From NCBI GenBank assembly GCA_964536985.1, contig CAZIBG010000004.1:3595-67594 (forward strand): a DNA stretch of 64,000 bases. Reading direction: 5' to 3'. The translations under genes and the position numbers were made by a program. This document shows, piece by piece, positions 36,749-47,540 of this stretch. Every line of letters begins with the position of its first letter. The first letter of the stretch is position 1. Below the pieces are notes generated by a model. That model did not search any database. It saw only the letters and a list, made by a program, of their open reading frames with translations, and was not told the origin of the DNA. This stretch comes from an uncultured Candidatus Saccharibacteria bacterium (GTDB lineage: Bacteria > Patescibacteriota > Saccharimonadia > Saccharimonadales > AWTP1-31).

Positions 36749-37447
36749 TTAACCCGTCAGTATCCAGCGGACAACCATTTCTCGGTACTGCATGTATTCT
36801 TCCTTCGTAAACTGCATATTAGCAATCATATACTGTTGACTGTTGATGTTTGAGCAGAACATGCAATCCTGTAGTTTTGTGGCGTTACTAATGAATAAGC
36901 TATTGGAAATTGAGTTACTCCATTGCACATTAAAACTGTTACTACATTTAGAGCTGTCCTCTAGTCTGATACAGAATGTCGAAGCCTGAGCACGCTGACT
37001 TGCAAGAACGTATTCACAGCCGTCCATTACGCCGTCGCTAAAAACGATATTCTTAGAATCGTGGATATCCATGGAGCGGAAAATATTCTCTGAACTATAG
37101 ATGTTATCGGATTGTCCAACATTCAAAGAGTCTAGTTGACGTTCGGTAGCCATTTCGTTGATTTCGCTCCAGGCGGCTAACATGTCTTCTATGCCATTTA
37201 AGGGGCGTTTTGGGCGCAACCAGTTACCGTCCGGTGCATCCAACATGCTTTGGAACGTCATGAACTTAGGTGCGCCAGTCGACTGCGCCCAAGTGGGTTG
37301 GTTTGATACCATATCAAATACCTGCTGTGGTAAGCGAATATCAAAGGCAAACTTTTGCATAACTTGATCTAATGTTAAGGGGTTCTGAAAGCCAAAAACT
37401 TGTCCCATGATCTTATCTACTAGTTCCTTTGCCGCTGCTTCGTCCAT
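36749..37447 (-). CDS. uncharacterised 232-aa protein, paralog A (hexad-repeat core)
   Basis: Its ATG overlaps the ATPase stop (TAATG). The repeat run is SDNIYS/SENIFR/SMDIHD/SKNIVF/SDGVMD...SFNVQW/SNSISN/SLFISN. Confidence 0.7.
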   Translation of the reverse strand: MDEAAAKELVDKIMGQVFGFQNPLTLDQVMQKFAFDIRLPQQVFDMVSNQPTWAQSTGAPKFMTFQSMLDAPDGNWLRPKRPLNGIEDMLAAWSEINEMATERQLDSLNVGQSDNIYSSENIFRSMDIHDSKNIVFSDGVMDGCEYVLASQRAQASTFCIRLEDSSKCSNSFNVQWSNSISNSLFISNATKLQDCMFCSNINSQQYMIANMQFTKEEYMQYREMVVRWILTG

Positions 37448-39822
37448 TATTTACCCTTCTTAAAGCTAAAACGTTTTTTATCGTTCGATGACTGACTTGC
37501 CAAGAGATCCTGAACGTTAATGCCTCGTTGGACGCTGTTTCGCTGCTCACTACTTGTGGCCATAGGTGATGATGGTACTTGGTTAGTCATGACATTTTGC
37601 AGGCTGAAACCAGGTGTTCGTTCGCCAAGATTTGCTTGATTAGGTATCGATTCCTTTTGAACCGTCTGACTTATAACGGCAGCTGCTACTGCTGGGTCTG
37701 GAGCGGCCGTCTGTCCGTTCATATTTTCGGGAGTGTAGTTATTGTCGGCCAAAGGATCAGTCAAGAATTCCGGGGAGCTTCCTGGGAATCCCTCCCCTAC
37801 TGAACCTGATGTAGGTGGTAGACCCATTAAAGCGGCAGTCGTATCATCATACATTTGTTCGCCTATAGACACTTGCTCTGGCTGAGTCATCGGCTGTGCC
37901 AGTGGTTGTGTTGGTTGATCAAGTGTCGGCGGCAAGGAAAGTGTTGGCGGAGCAACCGGACTGGCACCCTCCACGAATTTCTTGGGAAGCTCGGCTGGTT
38001 GATCGTACGTTTTAAGCTCCACCTTAGAATTTTTCTGAATAGGTCCGACGTCCAAGGTCTTGGCTTTAATACATGGCAGTAACTGGCCATCACTACTAAG
38101 GCGTAGGAAGCATTCGCGCACATTAAGTGCAGTGAGCATCTGGACGCGAACATCTGACTGCTTGAGTCCCTTGCTCTTCTCGGCCTCTAGAATCTCTTTA
38201 GGAATTTCAATGGTTAGGTTGCCTTCAAGTGCCCGTGCATCTTCTTCGGAAACACGGAAGACATAGTAGTTGCTTACGTTAGTAAAGATGGCTTCTTGCA
38301 AGGGTTTCTCGATCTGACCAAAGTATTGCTGGGTCAAGAATACAAATAAGTTGTACTTTCTGGCCTCCGCCAAAATGCTGGCAAGTGCCGGGTTCTGTAC
38401 AACTGAGACCTCATCGACAATCAAAATCACTTTTTCATTAAAAGCACGCGCTTGAGCCAATAGGAAGATCTGTTGAATAAGGAGTCCAGCAACAGTTTTA
38501 ACTACTTTTTCGCCCATACTGACCTTATTTAACGAAAAGACTGTCAGGAAGTTGTCGCCGATAAGTTTAGAAAGCGAGGCTCCTTCTGTCCCGGTGCTAG
38601 CCAGTGAAGGCTGCATCTGCATTTCGTCGACAAGCGTAATAATTGGAACTATGGATTCGTTGTAGTACTTGGTGCGCATTTCGTTAAAATCGCCACCGAA
38701 GAAGGAAACGATATTTGGCGGAACATATCCCTCAACATGGGCTAAAAGCTGGTTTCGATACTCAACGTCCGTAACCAGACGTTTGAGGTTATCAAGTGAC
38801 ATTGCCTGTGCGGTCATAAGAACAAACAGACTAAAGCGCAGCATTCTTTCGACTTTAGGGTTGAACTGATCAGCCAGTAGCGACTTGAACAAGGTTCCCG
38901 TTAGCTCCGTGGCAGCAGAAACATCCGTCCCCTCGCCACCAAATAGCTCAGTTGCCTCGTCATCACCCTTAAAGTTGATAACGTGTGAATTAGGAATATC
39001 CACTAAATCATGTTGCAGCGCTGCATGCGGGTCGATAACAACCACGCGATAGTTCTGCTGCATCCCACCTGATTTTGTAAGCCGATCGATAATTAAGGTG
39101 ATAAGTTTTGACTTACCGCTACCGCTGGCACCGATTATGAAGGAGTGTTTCTCGAAATCGTAAGCATTGAGAGGCAGGAAGTAGTTTGTTGGTCGGAACG
39201 GAAAGGTATCAATCTCGAACACCGCATTAACATTCGAACCTTGCATGATGTGTAGCGCTTTCTGGATATCGAGATACTTCGGCTGCTTTTTGCGCATATA
39301 TTTTGTATTGGCCACAAAATCAACTGACAGCAACTGGCTCGGCAGCATGAATATTGTCTTCTTGGCGACGGTGTGCTGATTGGCTTTACTCTTGAAGTAC
39401 ATCCGTAGCTTGACGTGAGCTTTTTCAACATTGATAGTTCTGATAGTAAAGTCGGCAACGTCTAACTCGACGCCACGTTTTACCTGGTACTTCTCTTTAA
39501 CATCGAGTAAGTTGCCGCCCCCAACATACTGCACGAACCTTTCTACGCCAATGGCATCCGGCAACTTAACTGAATCCGATAGCACCGGCCGCAGAACAAC
39601 ACCTTCTAGATTGTTAGACAGCAGACCGATGTCTTTGTTGGCGCCAATATAGTAACGAACAGTGCTTTTATCAATGCTAACAATCAAACGCCATGTCTTA
39701 AGAAGCCCTATGTATTGGGAAACGCCGAGTATGATTGATTTCCAGGCTGCATCGTCAAGTTGATCCTTGAGCAGATACATTTCGAACCAGTGTTCGTAGC
39801 CTAAATGAGGCTGGTTTTGCAT
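37447..39822 (-). CDS. FtsK/HerA/TraD(T4CP)-superfamily P-loop ATPase with a disordered C-terminal tail
   Basis: Motifs are Walker [13 protein letters not shown], then VVVIDPH, Walker [10 protein letters not shown] and [18 protein letters not shown]. There is no N-terminal TM helix. The last approximately 190 aa are Pro/Gln/Ser/Thr-rich. I placed the start at the ATG at 39822 (MQNQPHLG), with TATACT ending 7 nt upstream. The track uses a GTG at 39840. Confidence 0.75.
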   Translation of the reverse strand: MQNQPHLGYEHWFEMYLLKDQLDDAAWKSIILGVSQYIGLLKTWRLIVSIDKSTVRYYIGANKDIGLLSNNLEGVVLRPVLSDSVKLPDAIGVERFVQYVGGGNLLDVKEKYQVKRGVELDVADFTIRTINVEKAHVKLRMYFKSKANQHTVAKKTIFMLPSQLLSVDFVANTKYMRKKQPKYLDIQKALHIMQGSNVNAVFEIDTFPFRPTNYFLPLNAYDFEKHSFIIGASGSGKSKLITLIIDRLTKSGGMQQNYRVVVIDPHAALQHDLVDIPNSHVINFKGDDEATELFGGEGTDVSAATELTGTLFKSLLADQFNPKVERMLRFSLFVLMTAQAMSLDNLKRLVTDVEYRNQLLAHVEGYVPPNIVSFFGGDFNEMRTKYYNESIVPIITLVDEMQMQPSLASTGTEGASLSKLIGDNFLTVFSLNKVSMGEKVVKTVAGLLIQQIFLLAQARAFNEKVILIVDEVSVVQNPALASILAEARKYNLFVFLTQQYFGQIEKPLQEAIFTNVSNYYVFRVSEEDARALEGNLTIEIPKEILEAEKSKGLKQSDVRVQMLTALNVRECFLRLSSDGQLLPCIKAKTLDVGPIQKNSKVELKTYDQPAELPKKFVEGASPVAPPTLSLPPTLDQPTQPLAQPMTQPEQVSIGEQMYDDTTAALMGLPPTSGSVGEGFPGSSPEFLTDPLADNNYTPENMNGQTAAPDPAVAAAVISQTVQKESIPNQANLGERTPGFSLQNVMTNQVPSSPMATSSEQRNSVQRGINVQDLLASQSSNDKKRFSFKKGK

Positions 39823-39925
39823 ATTCTTAAGTATATACACTGGTAGAGATAAACAAAAGCTTTACAACTTATGCTGTCAGGTCTAGTATGACAATAATCC
39901 TTAACGTTCGCTTTAGGAATACAAA

Positions 39926-41053
39926 ATGCCACCGCGATTGCCGGAAACAGATCCAGGAATTTTGGCTAACGAAGTAAAAGAGTTAGCAGTAGATGCTGTG
40001 GCTCGTATTCCAAAAATCGGACATGCCGTCTTTGATGCCCTCCAGCGGCAATTCCATCACGACGATGACATATTAGAGCTGCCTGAGCATGAAACTAATC
40101 TAAGATGCCATGTACTAGAGACCAAATCTACACCGTCTAAGCATGGGGACGAGCTTCGTGAACATCGCTATGTGAGAATGCCAATTGGTCAATCCGAGCA
40201 CTTTGGCTGGTTCACTAAAGCAGTTGAAGGTATGGACACAGGAATTACGGTAATTGTACAGCCAGGACTCGGCGAAAAAATAGATGGCGAGCTTGGCGAA
40301 ATGACACACGAACACCTAGCAGATATGTTGCCAGGGGCTGATATCTTTAGTCATGAATCTTCAGGAATGAGTGATTTTAATGATGACACTTCGTTAAGCA
40401 AGCTTTGGAGTCATGGCATAGATAAGATGACACTTGAGGGAATTGAGCTAATACGACAGTTATGCCCTGGTAGAAAAATATATCTTGTAGGCACTTCCAT
40501 GGGAACCATCGTTAATACCCGACTAATGAACCTCAACACTGAGCTTGGTAAACAAAACCCAGAGGGCAAGCCGCTTGATATTATTGGGGCAGTTCATTAC
40601 GATCCAGCGTTAGTGGATCCGTCTAGAATTCTTGACTTCCTGCGTTTCCCTTCTGAATTAGTGGTTGGCGCTGTCAAAGAGCTACTATTTAAAACCAACC
40701 CCCGCCGTTTAGCTGCTGTTATCGGGACATTGATTCGTTCTCGCCCTAAACCAAAGCATCTAGTACCTATGGCTAGACAGGTTTGGGATATCACGCACGG
40801 CACACCGGAAGAGGATATTATCAACTCTGCAGTTCGCTATAAGATTGACGTTATAGCGGGATCAAAAGGCGTCGTAGAGCAGAATACCATGTGGAAACGA
40901 CTTAGCAAGCTCATACCAAGCCTGGACTACCATGTTGTTGACGACAGGGGTCATGCCATGGCGCTTAATACATTTAAGGCTGCACGAAAGATTTCAAAGG
41001 TTATCATCAAGAACCAAGTACACCCACCGGTCTATTTGCCGGATGCCGCGTAA
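39926..41053 (+). CDS. alpha/beta-fold hydrolase
   Basis: 375 aa with the nucleophile elbow LVGTSMGT (GxSxG) and late DDRGHAM (Asp/His). The substrate is unknown. Confidence 0.6.
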   Translation: MPPRLPETDPGILANEVKELAVDAVARIPKIGHAVFDALQRQFHHDDDILELPEHETNLRCHVLETKSTPSKHGDELREHRYVRMPIGQSEHFGWFTKAVEGMDTGITVIVQPGLGEKIDGELGEMTHEHLADMLPGADIFSHESSGMSDFNDDTSLSKLWSHGIDKMTLEGIELIRQLCPGRKIYLVGTSMGTIVNTRLMNLNTELGKQNPEGKPLDIIGAVHYDPALVDPSRILDFLRFPSELVVGAVKELLFKTNPRRLAAVIGTLIRSRPKPKHLVPMARQVWDITHGTPEEDIINSAVRYKIDVIAGSKGVVEQNTMWKRLSKLIPSLDYHVVDDRGHAMALNTFKAARKISKVIIKNQVHPPVYLPDAA

Positions 41054-41058
41054 TAGAC

Positions 41059-43026
41059 CTAAGACTTTGATTTTATATCATCAATAATGTCGCGCAGTTC
41101 GGCAGCTTTTTCAAACTCTAGGTTGGCTGCAGCTAAGTCCATCTGACCAGATAGATCTTTGATAAGATTAGCGTATTCATCTTTTGGAATCTTCTTAAGG
41201 TTGAGCTTGGCCTTCTTTGCTTCTTCGCCAAGTTCCGGCTGCATACTACCCGAGATAGTTGATGACACACCCATAGGGGTAATTCCATGCTTGGTATTGT
41301 ATTCTTCTTGAATTTTACGACGTCGTGTAGTCTCGTCGATGGTTCTTTGCATGCTGCCGGTAATACGATCGGCATACATTATTACATGGCCATCTTTATG
41401 TCGTGCCGCGCGCCCTACTGTCTGGGTGAGCGCCTGTTGACTACGGAGGAAGCCTTCTTTGTCGGCATCTAGAATAGCCACGAGGCTAACTTCAGGAAGG
41501 TCCAATCCTTCACGAAGTAGGTTGATTCCGATCAGGACATCGTAAACACCAAGACGAAGATCCCGTAGGATATCGGTTCTATCTAGGGTATCAACATCAC
41601 TATGAAGATAAGCTACTTTCATATTAAGGTCTTTTAGATACTCGGTAAGATCCTCACTCATGCGCTTGGTCAAGGTGGTTACCAAAACTCGCTGATGTTT
41701 GGCGACCGTTGTTCTGATTTCGGCAATCAGATCGTCTACCTGGCCTTTAGTGGGTCTTATCTCGATAGGCGGATCAAGTAGTCCTGTTGGTCGGATAACC
41801 TGCTGAGCGGGCTCTGGACTGCGTGTTAGTTCGTATTCAGCTGGTGTTGCGCTGACGTAAACGACTTGGTTTACATGACGTTCAAATTCAGTGAATGTTA
41901 ATGGGCGGTTGTCGAGTGCACTCGGTAAGCGGAATCCATGCTCAACCAGTACTTCTTTTCGGGCACGATCCCCGTTATACATACCTCGAATCTGCGGCAT
42001 GGTCATGTGTGACTCATCCACAAACATCAAAAAATCGTCTGGATAATAATCCAGCAGTGTGGCTGGCTGTTCACCGGGTTCTCGATTGGTTAGGTAGCGG
42101 CTGTAATTCTCGATGCCCTTTACAAAGCCTGTTTCCTCTAGCATCTCGATATCGAAATTAGTTCGTTGCTGAATACGCTGTGCTTCAAGTAGTAGATTGT
42201 TCTTCTTAAAGTATTGTAGGCGATCATCGAGCTCTTGCTTTATAGAGCCGAGAGCAACTTTGAGTTTGTCATGCGGTGTTACATAGTGTGAACTTGGGAA
42301 AATCTTGAGATCTTGTTTATCTTTGATTATCTCTCCAGTCAGCGGGTCAACTTGAGTGATCCGTTCGATATCATCACCAAGGAATTCAATCCGGTAGGCC
42401 ACTTCTTCTCCGGCTGGGAATACATCTACCACATCGCCTCGAACACGGAACGTACCACGATGGAAATCGATGTCGTTACGTTGATACTGAATGTCGGTAA
42501 GTTGTCGCAGTAACTTATCACGCACACGACGTTCGCCGGTCTTAAGTGATACCGCCAAACCATCATAATCTTCAACCGATCCAATGCCATAAATACAGCT
42601 AACGCTGGCCACAATAATGACATCTTTTCGTGACAGTAGTGCATCGGTGGCGGCGTGACGAAGACGATCGATCTCTTCATTGATCTGACTGTCTTTTTCT
42701 ATATAGGTATCGCTTCGCGCAATATAAGCTTCTGGCTGGTAGTAGTCAAAGTAGCTGACGAAGTAATGTACTGCGTTGTTTGGAAAGAAACGACGGAATT
42801 CTTCATAGAGTTGGGCGGCCAAAGTTTTGTTATGGCTTAGGATTAAGGTTGGTCGTTGTTGCTCCTGGATGATATTAGCCATGCTAAAGGTCTTACCCGA
42901 GCCCGTAACTCCCAGCAGGGTCTGCTCTTTGAGCCCCTGGTTTAGGCCATCGTTGAGCTGTTTAATAGCCCCTGGTTGATCACCAGTAGGTTTAAAATTG
43001 CTTGTGAGCTCAAACTTAGACATCAT
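41059..43026 (-). CDS. uvrB: excinuclease ABC subunit B
   Basis: 655 aa with [12 protein letters not shown], the beta-hairpin region and the C-terminal UVR domain ([10 protein letters not shown]). The real start may be the second ATG at 43023, since TATAAT ends 6 nt upstream of it. Confidence 0.95.
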   Translation of the reverse strand: MMSKFELTSNFKPTGDQPGAIKQLNDGLNQGLKEQTLLGVTGSGKTFSMANIIQEQQRPTLILSHNKTLAAQLYEEFRRFFPNNAVHYFVSYFDYYQPEAYIARSDTYIEKDSQINEEIDRLRHAATDALLSRKDVIIVASVSCIYGIGSVEDYDGLAVSLKTGERRVRDKLLRQLTDIQYQRNDIDFHRGTFRVRGDVVDVFPAGEEVAYRIEFLGDDIERITQVDPLTGEIIKDKQDLKIFPSSHYVTPHDKLKVALGSIKQELDDRLQYFKKNNLLLEAQRIQQRTNFDIEMLEETGFVKGIENYSRYLTNREPGEQPATLLDYYPDDFLMFVDESHMTMPQIRGMYNGDRARKEVLVEHGFRLPSALDNRPLTFTEFERHVNQVVYVSATPAEYELTRSPEPAQQVIRPTGLLDPPIEIRPTKGQVDDLIAEIRTTVAKHQRVLVTTLTKRMSEDLTEYLKDLNMKVAYLHSDVDTLDRTDILRDLRLGVYDVLIGINLLREGLDLPEVSLVAILDADKEGFLRSQQALTQTVGRAARHKDGHVIMYADRITGSMQRTIDETTRRRKIQEEYNTKHGITPMGVSSTISGSMQPELGEEAKKAKLNLKKIPKDEYANLIKDLSGQMDLAAANLEFEKAAELRDIIDDIKSKS

Positions 43027-43063
43027 TACATTATATGCTAAAGCATATATTTAAGAAATACGC

Positions 43064-43627
43064 TTACTTATAGAGATGGGAATATTTCTTGTGGCGTTTA
43101 TCTAGAAGGGTTATCAACTGCGCTAAGACGTCTTCTGCCGTGTCGCCAAATACAATATCCTCTGCAGACCTACGGCCAGCGGCATGAAGAATATCCATGA
43201 TCTCTGTACTGATACCGCCAGCTCCTTGTATAAATCCAATTGGAGTGTCAGTTTCTAAGGCAATCGTAAATTCATGAAGCGTTCCAATACGGCCGCCGAT
43301 GCTAATAACAGCATCAGATGAGTTAATCAGAAGCACATCACGACCAACATAGTGAAGACCCGAATAAACGATGCTATGGTAGCCCTCTGTCGGAAGCCGG
43401 TATTTCATAACGTGTTCAATCTTACTTGAGGCTGGGCTGATACCAAGACTCATTTGTCCACCAGCATCTTTATATGACTCGGCGGCTAAATTAGGAAGCC
43501 CTACGGTTGCGCCCGTCATAAGCGTGTGCCCGGCCTTTGCTATTGCATGACCAGCTGCTATGGCTAAGATTTTACCTTCCTCCATGCTTTGTCCTTTTGA
43601 AGCAGCCGAGACGCAAATTTGGTACAT
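43064..43627 (-). CDS. TIGR00725-type LOG/DprA-like (SLOG) Rossmann-fold protein
   Basis: 187 aa with ICVSAAS...GHTLMTGATVG and VISIGGRIGTLHEF, which resembles the GGxGTxxE motif of LOG-family enzymes. Its start overlaps the upstream gene's stop. Confidence 0.6.
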   Translation of the reverse strand: MYQICVSAASKGQSMEEGKILAIAAGHAIAKAGHTLMTGATVGLPNLAAESYKDAGGQMSLGISPASSKIEHVMKYRLPTEGYHSIVYSGLHYVGRDVLLINSSDAVISIGGRIGTLHEFTIALETDTPIGFIQGAGGISTEIMDILHAAGRRSAEDIVFGDTAEDVLAQLITLLDKRHKKYSHLYK

Positions 43628-44865
43628 TATAAATCCGCCATATCTGGTGCCATAACTTGCTTGTTTAACTGCTGTAATATTGCTTGTTCAAAACTGTGCT
43701 GCCCGACATAACTAACCATTATCTCGTTCCACAAGCTACGCCTAAAGTGCCCTAGTGAGTGCTGTCCGTACTCCAGGCCATTGCAGTAACTTACTGCATT
43801 ATCCATAAGACTAAGTGGCACAACGGCTTGTGGGTATAGCGCAGCGACAAAATCAAGATCCTCCCAGAATTTAAGTGCTGGTTCAAGCCAATAAATAACT
43901 GATTCCGCTTTACGCCAAAACAGATCGTCAGGCTGGACATGAGGCTCGAATAGTTCAGGGTGTTTAAAGGCATCCTGGCCACCAAAGTGACGCTGCACGA
44001 TTCGCCAATGTATCTTTTGTCCGGCATACTCAGCAATATCTTTAGGATCTAAAAGCAATGTTTTTACTAAGACATCGCTGAAGTCAGGACGGACTTGTTG
44101 CATCTTAAAGAAGGCGCTATACGATCTAATTTCGTTAATATAGTGTAAAACCAGTGGCAAAATAGTAATAACTGCGCCACGCATGTGCCTGAGTGGCAAT
44201 GGAAGAATTACGACAATTCCTAGCTCCTTTAAGTGAGTAAGATTTTGCTTACGGGCGTAAATATATGAGTTTGCTGATTCACCCCAGCGCTCTTTGTCCA
44301 GGACAAGGACCTTCAGATCTCTTGTTTCAAAGTCACTTGGGCGGAGTTTTTTGTAAGACTTTATTAGCCGCTCACCCCAAGCCTTTGATTCTAGGAAGCG
44401 TGTTCCAGCTATAACTTCATCTATATGCTCACGCTTAAGCATTGAGTCGACGGATTTATACCCTAGTTGCTTCATAACTTTTTTAGGAGGAATTGTTTTT
44501 ATAATCCGCTTAGCCACACTATGCTTTAAGGCCCACACCTTCCGGGGTAAAGGAAGAGTGTCAATTGCCTTTTGGATAGCTGTCAGCTGATCATGTAGGG
44601 TATCCGCCGATGTAGTCCCAATTGCCTTGGCCAGATACTCGTCGTGGCGAGCGATTAAACCTTGTAATGCATGATACAGCTCCTTACCAGTTGTGTCGTT
44701 AGGATCTAGGCCTAGTTCATTGATCTTTTGATGAACAGTGCTAACTATTTTTGCAGTTAACGCCACATCCACCGATTCGTGTCCGGTCTCGGATTCTAAC
44801 TGATTGATAGACATCGCGAATAACGGTTCGGTTGCTTGTAGTAATTCTGATAGAACTCTAGACAT
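43627..44865 (-). CDS. hypothetical protein (412 aa)
   Basis: A long ORF, co-directional and tightly packed: 6 nt after the kinase gene and a 1-nt overlap with the SLOG gene. No motif recognised. Confidence 0.6.
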   Translation of the reverse strand: MSRVLSELLQATEPLFAMSINQLESETGHESVDVALTAKIVSTVHQKINELGLDPNDTTGKELYHALQGLIARHDEYLAKAIGTTSADTLHDQLTAIQKAIDTLPLPRKVWALKHSVAKRIIKTIPPKKVMKQLGYKSVDSMLKREHIDEVIAGTRFLESKAWGERLIKSYKKLRPSDFETRDLKVLVLDKERWGESANSYIYARKQNLTHLKELGIVVILPLPLRHMRGAVITILPLVLHYINEIRSYSAFFKMQQVRPDFSDVLVKTLLLDPKDIAEYAGQKIHWRIVQRHFGGQDAFKHPELFEPHVQPDDLFWRKAESVIYWLEPALKFWEDLDFVAALYPQAVVPLSLMDNAVSYCNGLEYGQHSLGHFRRSLWNEIMVSYVGQHSFEQAILQQLNKQVMAPDMADL

Positions 44866-44871
44866 AGTTTG

Positions 44872-45873
44872 TTACTTGAGCGGTTCGGCCTTATACCACT
44901 TTGGTGAATGAAGCAGTAATTTCTGTAGTTGCGTATTTGTCAGAAGACCCTTCTGAGCACCAACATGCTGTACGACACTCATAGAGTTGATTGGGCCCCA
45001 CTGTAGCGCACCTTCTATATCACTACCATGGATTAGTGCTGCGACAAAGGTTGAGGTAAAGGCATCGCCGGCACCGGTTCGTTCGTAGGGAGGAGATGGA
45101 TCGGGGTAGATAGGCATCTTTAATCGTTTGACTCCGTCAGAGGCATAGGCACCATCGGGACCGTCACTAATGACGACGATCCTGGGTCCTAAAGCGTGGA
45201 GCTTGTCGAATAGTTCATGGAGATCTTCATGTTTACCACCCGAAATCTGAACTGCTTCCTCTCTGTTGACGGCAAGTACTTCAGTCCGTTTATACAGATC
45301 TTTTAGTCGCTCTGCTCCCATTTGTATTTGGAATGTGCCTGGCTGAAATGCCAACTTGACACCTTCGTGTCGACCAAGCCAGTCGGAGAGTTCATCATGG
45401 AACTTTTCGGCATTTTTACTTATGGAACTAAAGTAAATCCATTTAGGCATTTCGTCAGGTCGTAGGTGTGGCCAATGGTAGGTATACTCCTCATGTTTAA
45501 TGAGGATTGTCCGTTCCTCCTTATACCACAGGACGTAGTGGTAGTTGCTGATCTTGCCGGGATTGATCTTCATCAGCCGTGTATCGACCTTGTTTTTCTC
45601 GAGGGTCAGAAGCATATCTCTGCCGGCTTGGTCGTTTCCAAGATTGGCATGCAAAGCACTTTTAAGACCGAGCCGAGCAAAGCTAACGCTGGCATTGGCC
45701 GCGTTCCCGACTGCATCAAGAACCTCAACATGATCGAACGGTATTTTTACGCCAAACGGCATGGATAAGATTTTATTACCATCAGCATCCTTGGTAACGG
45801 ACGCTTGATCGTCAATGAGTTTGATAAATGCATCGGTTACAATGTCACCTACTGATAAAACGTCTAAACTCAT
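44872..45873 (-). CDS. PfkB-family carbohydrate/nucleoside kinase
   Basis: 333 aa with the N-terminal VGDIVTDAF and the PfkB signature-2 region RTGAGDAFTSTFVAAL. Confidence 0.8.
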   Translation of the reverse strand: MSLDVLSVGDIVTDAFIKLIDDQASVTKDADGNKILSMPFGVKIPFDHVEVLDAVGNAANASVSFARLGLKSALHANLGNDQAGRDMLLTLEKNKVDTRLMKINPGKISNYHYVLWYKEERTILIKHEEYTYHWPHLRPDEMPKWIYFSSISKNAEKFHDELSDWLGRHEGVKLAFQPGTFQIQMGAERLKDLYKRTEVLAVNREEAVQISGGKHEDLHELFDKLHALGPRIVVISDGPDGAYASDGVKRLKMPIYPDPSPPYERTGAGDAFTSTFVAALIHGSDIEGALQWGPINSMSVVQHVGAQKGLLTNTQLQKLLLHSPKWYKAEPLK

Positions 45874-45936
45874 GCCACCCCTCTTACTACTCTTTATGCT
45901 TACGTTTATTGTATCACTATCAATAACGTCACGGAA

Positions 45937-46851
45937 CTATAATGGCTTTGCTTTTCCGACTGCATTGAACGAGTCGAGCTTGTCTTCCACCACTTCCTGT
46001 ACGGCAGCAATAACTTCGTCCATTAGTTTAATAACAGCAAATTCACTCTTATTCTCTTTCAGTACTCGTTCTAATGTATTTCGATAGGCAATGCGCATAT
46101 CTGAGTTGATATTGATCTTGGTAACACCTATTTTAACAGCGTCTTCGAAGTAATGAAGCGGCGTGCCACTACCACCGTGAAGACTGATATTGCAATCAAT
46201 CGCATCTCGCACTTGTTGAAGTAAGTCTAGATCTAGCCGCTTTGGCACAGGATAAGAACCATGGAGGTTGCCGATTGCAGCTGCAAAAGTGTCTATGCCA
46301 GTGGCTTCGACAAATCGTTTGGCGCCTTCTGGCGTACTGAATGTCTTTTTGATCTCATCATAATCAAACGCTTTGGTAAACTTATTTGATCCTCCACCAA
46401 AATAGTGTGGTTCGCTCTCTACCAAGGCGCCAGTGCGTTTAGCATACTCAACTATTTCTTTGGTTTTCTTGATTATGTCTTCTTCTGACGCATCATGCTC
46501 TTGTTGAGAGATATCGATGTGTATGAACTCGAATCCGGCATCGATACCAGCCTTGGCAGCTTCGACAGTTGGTGAGTGATCGAGGTTGATGTACATCTCC
46601 ACGCCAAACTCAACCTTATAGTTGTCGACCATGTCGCGAACGTTATTTAGTCCAAGCAGCTCCACTTCACCGTGGCTTATTTCGACCAATACGGGTGCCT
46701 GCTTAGCTACTGCAGCCTTAACAACCGCTATGAGTGTTTCCTGGTTATCCAGATTGAACGCCCCCAAAGCATAATGGTTATCGCGTGCTCGCTGTATGGC
46801 CTGTCGGGCTGCAGCACAGTTTCGTTTTGATTGCTCAAGGCTTGGAGGCAT
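45937..46851 (-). CDS. fba: class II fructose-1,6-bisphosphate aldolase
   Basis: 304 aa with GAFNLDN, NLDHS, SLHGGSG and NINSDMR. Confidence 0.9.
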   Translation of the reverse strand: MPPSLEQSKRNCAAARQAIQRARDNHYALGAFNLDNQETLIAVVKAAVAKQAPVLVEISHGEVELLGLNNVRDMVDNYKVEFGVEMYINLDHSPTVEAAKAGIDAGFEFIHIDISQQEHDASEEDIIKKTKEIVEYAKRTGALVESEPHYFGGGSNKFTKAFDYDEIKKTFSTPEGAKRFVEATGIDTFAAAIGNLHGSYPVPKRLDLDLLQQVRDAIDCNISLHGGSGTPLHYFEDAVKIGVTKININSDMRIAYRNTLERVLKENKSEFAVIKLMDEVIAAVQEVVEDKLDSFNAVGKAKPL

Positions 46852-46916
46852 GGCTATTCCTTATTTAGTACTTTTGCTTATGCTTAGAATACCATATAAT
46901 CAAACGTAACATCGGT

Positions 46917-47540
46917 ATGAATGAAAAACAAAACAAGATCACAAACCTGGTTCTCTGGCTTACTCCAACAGGGGTAGAGTTGGCAGTCTATATATTTATA
47001 ACTTTTTTTACAGCCATTCTTTGTAGCCAAGATTTTGTTAACAGTCTCTTTTTTGTATCTGGTGATTTTAACCCTATCCGTTCTGGAATTGGCTCGATTA
47101 ATGGTTTACTCGAAGGAATAGTCGGCGAAAGAGTAGCCGGGTCACTATCACTTGGAATTTTTTGGGGTACTGTTGGACTCGTCGTTAACTTGTTGTGGTG
47201 GCTGGGAGCTAACTTTTCAACAGAATTAAATAATGACTTAGTCTACAGTAAGTATGTTCACCCAAAGGATATAAACCCCCGTTCGCAACTTCGCGACTTT
47301 ATTATTCGAACAGCAATTCGCACAGGTGTAGCAGTGATTGCCATTGTTTATACAAACTTCGTTCTAAGTCAGTGGCTTCCAAGAATCTCTAGTGAGTATG
47401 CGTCGGTATTTGAAGATTGGGACTATACCAGCCGATGGTCAGTACTCATACCAGTCATCTTATCTCAAATATTATTACTACATATCTTTGTAGTTTTAAC
47501 GCGGATTATTCTGCTCCGAAAACAAATATTTAATGACTAA
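46917..47540 (+). CDS. membrane protein, function unknown
   Basis: 207 aa with about 4-5 hydrophobic helices. No family recognised. Confidence 0.55.
   Translation: MNEKQNKITNLVLWLTPTGVELAVYIFITFFTAILCSQDFVNSLFFVSGDFNPIRSGIGSINGLLEGIVGERVAGSLSLGIFWGTVGLVVNLLWWLGANFSTELNNDLVYSKYVHPKDINPRSQLRDFIIRTAIRTGVAVIAIVYTNFVLSQWLPRISSEYASVFEDWDYTSRWSVLIPVILSQILLLHIFVVLTRIILLRKQIFND

Noticed and set aside
36749-37447. The tandem 232-aa genes as a recent DNA duplication or repeat element
   Set aside because: The protein identity is only moderate, roughly 55-60% by eye. The copies show many synonymous and non-synonymous differences and no flanking repeats. This is an old, maintained paralog pair rather than a repeat or assembly artefact.
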